A DNA stretch of 64,000 nucleotides, taken from NCBI RefSeq assembly GCF_009914755.1, contig NC_060926.1; one strand, written 5' to 3'. This stretch comes from the human T2T-CHM13v2.0 reference genome, Homo sapiens. Every line of letters starts with the position of its first letter. Positions within the stretch are counted from its first letter, which is position 1. Below, piece after piece: positions 15,724 to 29,417 of the stretch. The notes beneath the pieces are model-generated. The model did not search any database, was not told where the DNA came from, and saw nothing but the letters and a program-made list of their open reading frames with translations. A program made the position numbers and the translations under genes.

Positions 15724-18140
15724 TTTTTAAAAAAAAACTTTTAAGTTCAGGGGTACATGTGCAAGATGTGCAGTTTTGTTACATAAGTAAACTTGCGTCA
15801 TGGGGGTTTGTTGTACAGGTTATTTCATCACCCAGGTATTATGCGTAGTATCCATTAGTTATTTTTCCTGATCCTCCCCTTCCTCCTACCTGCTACCCTC
15901 TAATAGGTCCCAGTGTGTGTTGTTCTCCTGTATGTGTCTATGTATTCTCATCATTTAGCTCCCAATTATAAGTGAGAACATGTGGTATTTAGTTTTCTGT
16001 TACTGTGTTAGTTTGCTAAGGATAATAGCCACCAGTTCCATCCATCTCCCTGCCAAGGATATGATCTCATTCTTTTTCATGGCTGCATAGTATTGCATGG
16101 TGTATATGTACCACATTTTCTTTATCCAGTCTATCATTGATGGGCATTTAAGTTGATTTCATATCTTTGCTATTGTGAATAGTGCTGCAGTGAACATATG
16201 TGTGCATGTGTCTTTATACTATGTAATAGACAATAGAACAATTTAATATACCTTTCAGTATATACTCAGTAATGGGATTGCTGAGTCAAATGGTATTTCT
16301 GTCCTTAGGTCTTTGAGGAATTGCCACACTGTCTTCCACAGTGGTTGAACTAATTTACAGTCCCACCAACAGTGTGTTCGTTTTTCTCCACAACCTCACC
16401 AGTATCTGTTATTTTTTGACTTTTTAATGATAGTAATTCTAACTGGTGTGAGGTGATATCTCATTGTGGTTTTGATTTGCATTTCTCTAATGATTAGTGA
16501 TGTTGAGCTTTTTTAAATATGCTTGTTGGCTGCATGTATGTCTTTTTTTTGAGAAGTGTCTGTTCATGTCCTTTGCCCACTTTTTAATGAGGTTTTTTTT
16601 TCTTGTAAATTTGTTTAAGTTCCTTATAGATGCTGGATATTAGACCTTTGACAGATGCATAGTTTGCAAAAATGTTCTCCCATTCTGTAGGTTGTCTGTT
16701 TACTCTGTTGATAGTTTCTTTTGCTGTGCAGAAGCTCTGTAGTTTAATTAGATCCCATTTGTCAATGTTTGCTTTTGTTGAAATTGCTTTTGGCACCTTC
16801 ATCATGAAATCTTTGCTCATGCCTGTGTCCTGAATGGTATTGCCTAGGTTGTCTTCCAGTGTTCTTATAGTTTTAGGTTTTATATTTAAGTCTTTAATCT
16901 ATCTTGAGTTAATTTTTGTATATGATGTAAGGAAGGGGTCCAGTTTCAATTTTCTGCATATGGCTAGCCTGTTATCCCAGCAGCATTTATTGAATGGAGA
17001 ATCCTTTCCTTATTGGTTTTTTTTGAGTCAAGTTTATTGAAAATCAGATAGTTGTAGTTGTGTGGTCATATTTCTGGGTTCTGTATTCCATTCTGTTGGT
17101 CTATGTGTCTGTTCTTCTACCAGTACCATGCTGTTTTGGTTACTGTAGCCCTGTAGTAGTTTGAAGTGGGTAGTGTGATGCTTCTAGCTTTGTTCTTTTT
17201 GCTTAGAATTACCTTGGCTATTCAGGCTCTTTTTTTGTTCCATATGAATTTTAAAACAGTTTTTTCTACAGTTTAGAACAGTCTTTAAAAATGGTTCTGT
17301 GAAGAATGTCAATGGTAGTTTAAAAGAAATAGCATTGAATCTATAAATTGCTTTGGGCAGTATGGCCCTTTTAATGATATTGATTCTTCCTATCCATGAG
17401 TATGGAAGGTTTTTCCATTTATTTGTGTCATCTGTAATTTCTTTGAGCAGTGGTTTGTAATTCTCCTTGTGGAGATCTTTCAATTCCCTTGTTAGCTGTA
17501 TTCCTAGGTATTTTATTCCTTTTATGGCAATCATGAATGAAAGTTTGTTTGTGATTTGGCTCTTGGCTTGACTGTTGTTGGTATATGGGAATGCTAGCAG
17601 TTTTTGCACATCGATTTTGTATCCTGAGACTTTGCTGAAGTTGCTTATGAGCTTAAGAAGCTTTTGGGCTGAGACGATGGGGTTTTCTAGATCTAGGATC
17701 ATGTCATCTGCAAACAGGGATAGTTTGACTTCCTGTCTTCATATTTGAATGCCTTTTTATTTATTTCTTTTGCTTGATTGCTCTGGCCAGAACTTCCAAT
17801 ACTATGTTGAATAGGAGTGGTGATAGAGGGCATTCTTGTCTTGTGCCAGTTTTCAAGGGGAATGCTTCTGCCTTTTGCCCATTGAATGTGATGTTGGCTG
17901 TGTGTTTGTTATATATGGCTCTTATTATTTTGAGATATGTTCCTTCAATACCTAGTTTATTGAGAGTTTTTAATATGAAGGGATGTTTTATTAAAAACCT
18001 TTCTGCATCTATTGAGATAATCGTGTGGTTTTTGTCTTTAGTTCTGTTTGTGTGATGAATCACATTTGTTGATTTGCATATGTTGAACCAACCTTGCCTC
18101 CCAAGGATAAAGCCTACTTGATCGTAGTGGATAAGCTTTG
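15724..18140 (-). mobile_element. 5'-truncated L1PA-type LINE-1 (about 2.4 kb; disrupted ORF2 RT/C-terminus plus 3' UTR)
   Basis: Minus ORFs 17761-18147, 17184-17702 and 16584-16820 translate to L1 ORF2p ([38 protein letters not shown]); probable TSD aaaacaaat. Confidence 0.97.
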
Positions 18141-21100
18141 AAAACAAATGATGTTAAATAGATTTTTAAAAAATTAATCTTCAAAATGTCAAGTACCTAA
18201 CTTAAAAAAAAAACTCACCCATTATTTTGGCAGAGGGGGTTGGGAGAACTAAGACAATATGCCCTAGGTATATTGCTTTTCAATTATCTTAGCTGAGAAG
18301 TTAGAAATATAGAAAGTTAGGATTATTGTTTGGAGAACCTAAATGAATGAAACTAATATATCCTTCAGGCTGTGTCTCTTAACTAAAAGGTATCACAGCT
18401 TAATCAGGGAGGGGTCATAAACTTAGTGTTGATTCAAGGGGCACTGATAAGCTTTAGGAAGGGCAATAAAACTGACAAAGATGTATTAATTTAGGAAACT
18501 TACAGGTGGTGGGTCATCCCTCTTCTACCCCAAGATAGGCTTCATGAGTCCTATTAAAATAACTTTATTTTTATCCCAAAATGAATTTTTGAATCTGCTT
18601 AAATAATTGAAGCAAGCTAATGATTGTGAGTTCTGCACCAATTTGTATGTAACAGGTGATTTTGGCTGAGAAGTTTTTGTAACTATTGCCAGTCAACTAC
18701 CCAGACCATGAACAAACAAACAAACAAATAAACACTTAATGTGTTCTTGTAGAATAAGGACTAAACTTAAATCCTGCAAAGGCTCAGTAACTCCTCTGTG
18801 GTGGAGAATGCTAGCTGTCTGCCAGAATCAGTGCTTCTATTTCCCAGGCTCCTTTGGAGTTTGGGAGGAATTGATTTGGGCAACTTTCATCCTATTTACT
18901 TAAGAGTCATCTCTGGCCCTGGACTGTCCTCTTTCCCTTTCTGGATAGCTGGAATAGAGCAGCCCTGGGAGATGCATGTTGAAGATAGCAAGAGACACTG
19001 TCTGTACCAGCTCTCAAAGGACTATGTGGCTCAGAGCTGTCTGCCAACCCTGAGCGAGTCATCTAAGACCAAAATATGACAGAGGCAACCTTCTGCATTC
19101 TCTGAGTTAGTGGGTCTTCCATCACAGCTACTTAGCCCACTTTGTCTAATGTACCTTCAAAAAACAGGGATTCTGGCAAATTGTGCTGGGGAGTATGACT
19201 TGGACCTATGATCTCCCATCTTTGACCCTAAATCTCTGCTTTAGGACTCACAAAGTCCAGTGTGTCTTTGGGCACATGCCTAAGCCTGCAGCACAGATTC
19301 CAACTAACCCAGCCACCTGCGTGGAGGCAAAGTCCATCTCACTCCCCAGGTCAAGGCTGAACAGGGCAGGGAAGAGAATGGTTGGCCTCCCCTTGTGAGA
19401 GGACCTTGCTGGTTTTGCTCCTATATGGATAAATGAAGCACAGGGGTGGACAAGAAGAATTTGAACTAGATAGGCTGGAGCCTGTTCCTCCTATTATGAG
19501 ACATGTAATCCACCATAGATAAGAGTGGGGCTTAGTCAGTGTTAAGCTCTGGCCAACTGGTTCAGCCCTTCCTCCCTTGAGGAGCAACAGCAAGTAGTTA
19601 GGGAGAAAACATGGAGATTCCCTCTCCATCATTCCCCAGAAGGGAGGACACAGAAGCTCTATAGAAAAGACCTGGTATAGGGAAGTGTATATTGATTAGG
19701 GTGGGAGAAGGGGTAGAGAAAATCTTCCCTTTACTCAAACAAGTCAGCTATCAAATGTGCTTTCCGAGTTGATCTGTTGAATGAGCCTAATTGGTGGCAT
19801 CCACATCAATATTAGAGAATGTTTGCCAAATATGAGAATTTTGGTTTCACTGTTTGGTAATCCTGGCCTTTTTGAGACACACCCTGTGGGAGAGGACACA
19901 GAAGCACTGGATAATAGATGCAAAGGTAATGAATCCCCAGGAAACAGAATCTCAGTCACACCCTGTTCTTTCCCATGTCCTGTGACAGGTTCCTGGGTGA
20001 CTCACAGGCAGGCCCACCCTAACATTTGTGGGGTTTGAGAGAAAAGTATCAACAGTTATTCAAATGTTTTGAATCAAGCTAACAAATTATAAAATATGTG
20101 CTATTCTTTGAACCATGAATTGGAATATTTAGAAAAAGCAAGAAAATTGCCTCTGAACACTACTGCAAAGCAATCTTTAATGCAATAGTCTATTCCATTC
20201 ATGGTACCTGAGGAAAGGTTGGGCAAGTTGTCTTCTCTTGTGTTTTAGCCACTCAAACCCATAAAACCTCTGCAGCAGTGTCCATCTCTGAAGTCCACAG
20301 CAGCAAGATCCACATCTCTGATGGCATTTGGATGTGAGGCAAGAGATGTGGGGAACATTTCCCTGAAGCCTGAACAGAGAAGGTCAGGAGATCTGATGTT
20401 TAGGGTCAGGGTCTCAGTTGCAAGAGCTGAGGGACAAAGCTGTCCATGTGTTCTTTAACATTATGTCTTTTTTGTGTTTGTGACATGTGGAGTCCTCCAA
20501 AGCATGGTCCCCTCTTGCCTGGGCCTAAGGGCAGTATGTCTTGCACATTCTTCTTGGACGCTTACTTGGAAGATTTCTTGCAGTTGTGAATGGAGCCACT
20601 CCTGCTCTGCTGTCTGAGACTGTATATGCTGCTCTGAGAGTGAGCTTTCTTCCTAAGGATTCTTTCATTAGCATCCTGAATGGAGGGCGTTGTCTTTTCT
20701 AGTTCCTGATAGCCCTCTTTCTAGGGAACAGGGGACAACAGCCCCAGAGTTAGCTCAGGGGCTATTTGGGCAGCATTATCCTTTGTATTATCTGGAAGCA
20801 TCCTTCCACACCAACAGTCGGCCAGAGCACCCAGGCAGAATCTAGGCATCCAAGTTCTCGACCGCTTCCCCAACTTCCCTTCAGTCCCACATATTTCTTT
20901 TTCATTCTTTTCCTTCAGGGCTGACTGAGTCCTCCAGCAAATACACAGGGCTCCTACTCTCCACCCCAGTAGCCAAATACCTGAACTGGGCCTGCAGATT
21001 ACCATGGCCCCTTCCCCATCCCCCATTTCCACAGTTTATGCTCAACTACATTGTCTCCAAATAATCAGACAACAGGTACAACTGCTTCATAAAGCTGTTG

Positions 21101-21207
21101 CAATTCCCTAGTGATAAACTCACATCAGCACCAGGGAAGATGCTTGTCTTTCTATTCCCAATGGCTGGAGGGCATCAATCTAACCCTCCCAATGGTTATG
21201 GCAAATA

Positions 21208-21555
21208 CCAAATGCTCCCCAATGGGGCTATGTCCTGATAAGTCTATTTAAGTTGAAAAAAAATTAAGTCAAAAATGCATTTAATGCACGGAACTTACTA
21301 AACATCATAGCTTAGCCTATCCTACATTAAAAGTGCTCAGAACACTTACATTAGCCTATAGTTGTGCAAAATCGTTTAACACAAAGCCTATAATAGTGCT
21401 GAGTATCTCGTGAAATTTATTCAATACTGTACTGAAAATGAAAAACAGAATGGCTGTATGTGCACTCAAAGTATGATTTCTACTGAACGCATATGGCTTT
21501 TCCACTATCCCAAATGCCAAAAAAAGGAAATTCCTGCAAGTTGGGGACTGTTTAT
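21208..21555 (-). mobile_element. MER47A (Tigger-type) DNA transposon
   Basis: Matches recalled MER47A (cttagcctatcctacattaaaagtgctcagaacacttacattagcctatagttg...gttggggactg). Confidence 0.8.
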
Positions 21556-22889
21556 AATTTACACAGATGTTTAAAAGAATGGGAGGGACTAACATAGGCT
21601 CTGCTTTACATCATTTAAAATCGGGATTTCCTTTTGTCAAAAGGTTATTTCTACCTACTGTAGATTTGGGCAAGTACATTTACACAGGATTTATAGGATT
21701 TATAGCCCAAAATGTACACCATGATTATTCAGGTGTTTTTTGTTTTTGAACTCAAAGACTAACCTGCAGAAGACCTGCAGATACTGAGACAAAGATGACA
21801 CTGTCCTTAACCACAACTTTCTTGAAATGCAGTAGAACATGATCATAAGGGCAACCCATCATCCTTGAGCCTAAATGTAGTATTTAATATCATTAGACTA
21901 GGGGTTTGTCCTTGAGTATGTTGAGAAGAAAGCTGATGTTCAATTTTGAGGGAAAAATAGAAGACTTCACTCGAAAATTGGTGAGTAGGATGACTCCTTT
22001 TTGGAGATGGGGTTGATTGTACTTCAGTTTTTTCCTGAGGAGTCCATACATATGTAATTAATTAGGATAGTTCAGCAAGGATTGATATCCAATTAGAATG
22101 CTACATTCCAATTTTGACCATCTCCTGGTTCATTTCTGTATGTATTTTGCTTTTAAAATAATAATTGAGCAAAATAATAATTGAACTTGGTATGTTCCAG
22201 GCACTATAGTAGGCTCTTTCCCAATGTAATAACTTACTTATTCCTGACCAAAAAACTTCTGTAAGATAGGTTTAATTGTGTTCATTTGACAGGTGATGGA
22301 GCTAAAGGTAGAAGAGGGTAGTCACGTGCCAAAAATCTCACAAGTAACAAATCTCAGAGCTGGAATTTGAGCTTGCAGCTCTATGGTCCCAGAACCTTTT
22401 GCACTAAGTCATACTGCCTTCTACAGTATTTGCAAATACACAGGTGCCTGGTCTAAACAACTCATGCTAAGGGAGTTCAGGTCTGGGGTGATCAACAGAA
22501 GTTTCACTGCAAAGGTAAACTAGGAGGTGAGAGCTAGTCCTGATATTAGGTAACACAGATCCATTTGAATACAGGAAAACATTTGCTTCCCAGAAAGTCT
22601 AGCCTGGGTAGAAACCGCCTTGGACTGTGTCAGAATGCCAGGTCCTATGGCATGTTGGTTTCATGTTCATGGGTAAAGTTAGGCTGGAGTTTTGTTTTTA
22701 ATTCAGGAATCCAAAAAACGTCTTTTTTCTTTTTTTTTTTTTTCTGTTTAGGTTTATATTTGCTTCTGGGGCAAAGCACTGGAATGAATGTGATGCAGCT
22801 GAGAAAGAATAGCAGCTTTAATATAAGCCTGCTTTTTCCTCCCTGCCAGGCCAAAAGTTTCAGCAGAACACTCCAGTGCTCTGATTCCA

Positions 22890-23375
22890 TTCAGTTACAG
22901 CTCCTCACCATTCAGAAGCCAAAACTCAAGAGACAAGAATTGGTGGGAGCAAAAGCAGGTTTATTTGGAGGGCCAGCAAACTGAGAAGAGGGTAGACTAG
23001 TATCCTAAAGCACCATCCTAAGTCAGTACAAATTTTAGGCTCTTTTTATGTTAAGAACATGGGAAAAGGAGGAGGTCAAAATCAAGAGGTAACCAGTGAT
23101 CACAGACATCTGCATGTCAGTGAGGGTCTGAGAAGGTTGGGAATTTCTTTGTCCTTGGTCAGATCACAATGCTTCTATAAACGTTTAACAAAACATAGTT
23201 GTTTACATACTTCTCCTTTAATCCCAGAGTTAGTTTAAAAAACTACAGGATTGCTGTTTTTGCATATTATCTCAGTGTTCTAAAATTATCCTAGCCTACT
23301 TGCAGGAATGGGTAGAGGCCCCTTCAACAAAAATGGAGTTAGTTTTGTTAGTTCTTTTGCTGTTTCATTGTTACA
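22890..23375 (-). mobile_element. ERV1-class solo LTR (MER4 group; subfamily not determined)
   Basis: Minus strand starts TGTAAC, has the actaactccatttttgtt U3 motif, TATA-like cataaaaa and AATAAA. Confidence 0.65.
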
Positions 23376-23853
23376 CATTTGCTTTGGGCACACAGCTTTG
23401 GTCCCCCTATCCCCTATTTCAACTCTCCTGGGGTTCTCCATGTAACAAAACACCTTACCTGTGAGTTTTATGTCAACAGGGAAACGTTTAGAGAATAGTA
23501 TGTGTTCTACAACTTTTGGCAACATGAACCTTTGTGAGCAGGACATTAACATTTCCTTTTCCATCATTGTTGAACTAATTTTGTGGTGCAAAATAGAGGG
23601 GATGATGATGTCACCTTGGGGATGAGAAGTGGAACTGTGAAGCAAGTTCCTCAGGGCCTCCACACACCTGCCTAGCTCTCCCCACAGGGCTCTGCATTCT
23701 TGGAAATGATCAGAACTTTCACTGAGGTTTTTTTTTTTTTTATGTTTCCTTATATCACCTCCTGATTTTATATGTATTCCATGTTTCTTTATAGCATGTG
23801 AATTAATCTTATTGTAGAGAGAGGAGGTGCAATGTAACAGTTAAAAACAGGGA

Positions 23854-24466
23854 CCATTGTGGAAGACAGTGTGGCGATTCCTCAAAGACCTAGAGACAGA
23901 AATACCATTTGACCCAGAAATCCCATTACTGGGTACATACCTAAAGGAATATAAATCATTCTATTCTATTATAAAGATACGTGCATGCATATGTTTCTTG
24001 TAGCACTGTTCACAGTAGCAATGACATGGAGTCAACCTAAATGTCCATCAATGATAGACTGGATAAAGAAAATGTGGTACATATACACCATGGAATACTA
24101 TGCAGCCATAAAAAGGAATGAGATCATGCCCTTTGCAGGGACATGGATGGAGCTGGAAGCTATTATCTTCAGCAAAAGAATGCAGGAACAGAAAACCAAA
24201 TACTGGATGTTCTCACGTGTAAGTGGGAGTTGAATGATGAGAACACATGGACACAGGGAGGGGAACAACAGACACTGGGCCCTGCCAGAGACTGAAGGAG
24301 GGAGAGCAACAGGAAGAATAGCTAATGCATGCTGGGCTTTACCTAGGTAGTTAGATGATCTGTGCAACAAACCACCATGGCACACGTTTACTTATATAAC
24401 AAACCTGCACATCCTACACATGTGCCCCTGAACTTAAAATAAAAGCTGGAAATTAGAAAAAAAAAT
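23854..24466 (+). mobile_element. L1PA 3' end inserted in a MIR (MIR resumes about 24467-24680)
   Basis: ORF2p C-terminus (KCPSMIDWIKKMWYIYTMEYYAAIK), 3' UTR and A-tail; aaaa..caggga on both flanks. Confidence 0.95.
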
Positions 24467-25684
24467 GCAGGGATTATGGAGGCAACCAGATCATTTCTGT
24501 CATTTTCTAGTTGTACGACCTTGGGTAAGTTACTCAATTTCTCTGTAAATAGTCTATAAAATGGGGAGGTAATTCCTCCCATCCAGGTTTGCTAAGAGGC
24601 TTAAATGTAAAACTGTATGCCAGCCCTTAGCAAAATGCGTACTACATTGTAAATGCTCAAAAAGCCGTAGTGATTATTGTTATTGGTTTGTCTTTCATGT
24701 TTCTAGTTTCTTGGTGAGAGAGTCATGACTATTTTTTTTTCTTCAACAGCAAGATTGATGACAATGTCTGTGTCTACACCAGCATTTCCTAATTGCCGAT
24801 ATAGGCCATGGAAGCAAAATGTTCTTGCCTTTGGTTTTCCCCTCCCTGCCTTGTTTCTGGGTGGTCTTTCCCCTCTCCCACCTCATCTCTTCTTCCACTC
24901 CTTACCCTCCACCACCAGATTCAGTGTAGAGAATATGGGCATGCTGTTACCAGTGTTCAGCATAATTTTAATGGAAAAATGCTATTCTTCATAATCCCAC
25001 AATACTAGGCTGCTTCTGTTAACAAAAAACTATTTATTGTATAGACCAAAAAACATCTGGTGACTGAATTTTCTCTATTTTTTTTCAATCAGTCATGCAA
25101 TATACACTTAATACAACTCTGAGACTCCTTGATAACAAACTAGCAAAAATGAGGATAAAACACTTTACAGACTAAAAATTCCATTTAAATCTTTGTTTTT
25201 GATCCAAGCACATACAGGGGTAGGAATGCTGAATGTTCAAAAGAGTTGTTTCTATACCCAAGAGAAGTGGCCTGGAAGGGAGGGAGAGGTCATCATCAAT
25301 GAGGTGTCATTGGCAGTCACGCTGACATGGTCTCAGCCATACTTGCTGATTCCCTTGGAAGGGTGGCTCCACTCGGGGCACTGCTCAGGGTCTGGGTCAG
25401 CTCACCCCCACTCTCTATTCCTGCTGTGGCTGTCTGCACAGCCACGCCATCAGCCCAGCCATTCCTCTTCCCTTCCCAGAGAATTCATGCTTTCCTGGCA
25501 CTTAGAAGCGGTGGTAGTTCTGGAAAAGGAAGCCAAAGTGAGATAGAGAGTGTAGAGCCCAGTGTGGGAGTCACTGCATGAGTAAGTCTGGGTTCAAGTC
25601 TAGGCTCTAATGCGTCCTGGCTGGGAGCCTCTGAGTAAATAATTTAGCTTCTTGAGCCCTACTATCTGTAAAACAGTGCTTCCT

Positions 25685-26410
25685 TTATTCATCGTTAGAT
25701 ATTGAGTGAGTACTTACTGCATGCCAGCACTGTTCTAGGTGCTCACTGGTGCTAGGGATGGGGGTTAGGGGCTATGGGTATAGAGAGTCCAGTTTTAAAA
25801 TAAGTCAGAGAAGAATTCACTGAGAAGGTGACATCTGAGTAGACACTTGAATGAAGTGAGGGTCTCTGGGGGAAGAATGTTCTGCAAGAGGTAGCTAGTG
25901 CAAAGGCCCTGTGGTAGGAAGGAGCCTGATGTGCTAGAAGCCCAGTGAGGGCGCCAGTGTGGCTAGAGCAGTTGAGAGAAGCAGACAATAGCAGCAGATG
26001 GGTCAGCTCCCTAGCCAAGGTGTGTGAAGCCGTGTAGTCCTGGGAAGGATTGGGCTTTTACATTGAGATAGGATGGGAAGTCATTGGAAGGTTGTGAGCC
26101 AAGGACTTATGTTTTGCAAGGGTCACTCTGGTTGCTGTGTTGAGAATAGACCATAGGCAAGCCTACCCAGGAAGCAGGGAAACGGGTTAGGAGGCTATTG
26201 CCTCTGCGTGACAGGTGGTGGAGTGGACCAGGGTGTAGCTGTGGAGGTGGTGAGAAAAGGCTGAATTCTGGAGATAGCTTGAAGGAAGAATGAATAGCAT
26301 TTCTGATGGAGTGGATGTGGGTGTGAGAGAAAGAAAATAGGAGAACTCAGAGGTTTTTGGCCTGAACAATTGGAAGAATTGTGTAGCTATTAACTGAGAT
26401 GGGAAAGCCG
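25685..26410 (-). mobile_element. L2 LINE (3' end at left), preceded by MIR at about 25540-25680
   Basis: ttattcatc...attgagtgagtacttactgcatgccagcactgttctaggtgc and further L2 motifs. Confidence 0.75.
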
Positions 26411-28093
26411 GGGGAGGAAGGGATGGGAGATAGATGGAGAACTTGATGATAATAATAATTTTGCCCTGCCTCCCTCACAGGACTAAATGTGATGATTTAT
26501 GTGTAATTTACCCCGCCAATATGCTCTGTGGTTACTGGTATTCAAAGGGCCCTCTCCTTCCTATGCAGAAGCAGTCTGTTCCCTGGACATGCTCCTCTCT
26601 CTCAGTCCTCAGGTGGTGCCAGTTGGTGGGGGAGAATGTTCCTGGCATGTGGACTTGAATCTGGCAGGTATCATCTGAGCTATGTTTAGGTGGATATTTT
26701 GGGATAGGTCCTCACAAATGTGACTCAAGTATGACTTAACAGTTAATATCTTTATTTCTCCCTAACAGAATATTGTTTCTAATTTTTCTTTTATATAGCA
26801 ACTGATGTTGCCATGCAGATCCCTTGGTTGCTATGAGATGGTAACATCACTCTGCCCCACCATTGGCCAGTGCCTCCTCAGCTGCGGTGCCTCCCAGGCT
26901 GTGTGGTTCTCACGCGGGCCACTGACACAGAGCTGTTACTATGGTGAACTTTACAATTTCCTTTGATTGGTGGATTTCAGAAATAGGCCATCAGCGGAAT
27001 TCATTATATTCAGCTAAGTAAAAATGAAAAATAAATACTATAACTTTCCCCTCATCACTAACATGAAGGAAACGTGACCCTTCATGACATAATAAATCGC
27101 TGTTCGGTAACTTAGGATCCTTCAGGGGACTGAAGCGGGATGATCCTCCTATGCCAAATTTGGGTGGGAAAGATATTCCCTGTAGCTTTGAGTCGACTCT
27201 TCAGAGTTAAGGGCAGTGGGCCAACCAGAGTTGGAACTTCAGAGTTGGGAGGAGGTGTGGGATGGGGCATGCATTGAAATGTAAACTCTATTGTCTCTGA
27301 AGTGATGGGTGATGCTGGGGGCCTGAGTGTGGAGGGCAGTTTTACATCTCAGGACAATGTTTTCTCAGATGCTCTTCCAGAAAGAAAAGCCAGGAGTACT
27401 CCTGGCTGGAGGCGGCATGCCTGAGGTCAGAGTCAAAGTAGGGTTTGTGCTGTCTGAATCCTTTCTCCCACTCTCCCCAGCCTGGCTCAGCTTCTCAGCT
27501 TCTCAGGTGGATTGGTGAGTCCTGGCCAATTACGCTTCAGCTCATCTCTACTCTCAGCAAATAGGAAAAGGGAGTGAAGGACTGAGTTTTAACTCTTCTA
27601 ATTTCATAACCTGACTCTCTATAAAAAAAAGTAGGAGAAAGACTGAAGAACCCGAGAGAACAGGTGAATTATTTTAAGTGCATCAGATCTACCTTTCTAA
27701 CAAGTCTTGTTTGGAGTGATGGGGGTGTGGGTGGGGGAGGGGAGGGGAAGGCCCAGGCTAAAGGGAGGAAGAGAGTCAGGGAACCACAAAAACAAAGCAG
27801 GTAACAGATTGGAAGCCCTAGGGCTAGTGTTTGACACCCAGACTACATCAGTTTTAAAACCTCTTTGCTCTATATAATAAAGCTGTTTTTAGTAATAATC
27901 ACAACATGAAATGAAAATAATGATGGCCAGAAATGTTCTTTTATGAAATTTTGTGTCGTATCAATAAAAACTAAAAATACAGTAAATGCTACAATCCAAA
28001 AAGGAAAGAAAGTTATAGTATAATATTTTTAGTTTCATTAGTGTATTTTTTGAATAAAGGGATGAAAACTTATACCTACATATTGGTCTTTCA

Positions 28094-28577
28094 TGTCAGG
28101 CCTCTGAGCCCAAGCCAAGCCATCGCATCCCCTGTGACTTGCCCGTATATACGCCCAGATGGCCTGAAGTAACTGAAGAATCACAAAAGAAGTGAATATG
28201 CCTTGCCCCACCTTGACTGATGACATTCCACCACAAAAGAAGTGTAAATGGCCGGTCCTTGCCTTAACTGATGACATTACCTTGTGAAAGTCCTTTTCCT
28301 GGCTCATCCTGGCTCAAAAAGCACCCCCACTGAGCATCTTGCGACTCCCACTCCTGCCCACTGAGCACCTTGTGACCCCCACTCCTCCCTGCCAGAGAAC
28401 AAACCCCCTTTGACTGTAATTTTCCTTTACCTACCCAAATCCTATAAAACGGCTCCACCCTTATCTCCTTTTGCTGACTCTCTTTTCTGACTCAGCCCGC
28501 CTGCACCCAGGAGATTAAAAGCTTTATTGCTCACACAAAGCCTGTTTGGTGGTCTCTTCACATGGATATGCATGAAA
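28094..28577 (+). promoter_or_regulatory. LTR7: 5' LTR7 (484 bp)
   Basis: tgtcaggcctctgagcccaag...gcatgaaa; TATA box at about 28443; attaaa signal; two ACAAAAGA SOX-type motifs. Confidence 0.97.
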
Positions 28578-28579
28578 TT

Positions 28580-28597
28580 TGGTGCCGTGACTCGGAT
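28580..28597 (+). other. Primer-binding site complementary to tRNA-His
   Basis: TGGTGCCGTGACTCGGAT, 18/18 complement of the tRNA-His 3' end. Confidence 0.95.
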
Positions 28598-28723
28598 CGG
28601 GGGACCTCCCTTGGGAGATCAATCCCCTGTCCTCCTGCTCTTTGCTCCGTGAGAAAGATCCACCTACGACCTCAGGTCCTCAGACCGACCAGCCCAAGAA
28701 ACATCTCACCAATTTCAAATCCA

Positions 28724-28729
28724 GTAAGC
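28724..28729 (+). promoter_or_regulatory. HERV-H major splice donor (CCA|GTAAGC)
   Basis: aatttcaaatccagtaagc at the conserved leader position; -1 base is A instead of the usual G. Confidence 0.7.
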
Positions 28730-29009
28730 AGCCTCTTTTTACTCTCTTCTCCAACGTCCCTCACTACCCCTCAACCTCTTTCTCCTTTCAATCTTGGTGC
28801 CACACTTCAATCTCTCCCCTCTCTTAATTTCAATTCCTTTCATTTTCTGGTAGAGACAAAAGAGACACGTTTTATCCATGAACCCAAAACTCCGGCGCCG
28901 GTCACGGAAGGCAGCCTTCCCTTGGTGTTTAATCATTGCAGGGACGCCTCTCTGATTATACACTCACGTTTCAAGGGTGTCAGACCACGCAGGGACACCT
29001 GCCTTGGTC

Positions 29010-29340
29010 CTTCACCCTTAGCGGCAAGTCCCGCTTTCCTGGGGCAGGGGCAAGTACCCCTCAACCCCTTCTTCACCTTCAGCGGCAAGTCCCGCTTTCC
29101 TGGGGCAGGGGCAAGTACCCCTCAACCCCTTCTCCTTCACCCTCAGCGGCAAGTCCCGCTTTCCTAGGGGGCAAGAACCCCCCAACCGCTTATTTCCGCA
29201 CCCCAACCTCTTATCTCTGCACCCCAATCGCTTATTTCCACGCCCCAACCTCTTATCTCTGTGCCCCAATCCCTTATTTCCGCACCCTGACCTCTTATCT
29301 CTGTGCCCCAATCCCTTATTTCCGTGCCCCAACCCCTTCT
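29010..29340 (+). repeat. HERV-H leader tandem repeats (about 58-bp unit x3, then about 41-bp unit x4)
   Basis: agcggcaagtcccgctttcct three times; cttatttcc..ccccaacctcttatctctg repeated. Confidence 0.9.
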
Positions 29341-29417
29341 CTGCTTTTCTAGAGGGCAAGAACCCCCCACCCCTTCTCCATGTCTCTACTCTTTTCTCTG
29401 GGCTTGCCTCCTTCACT

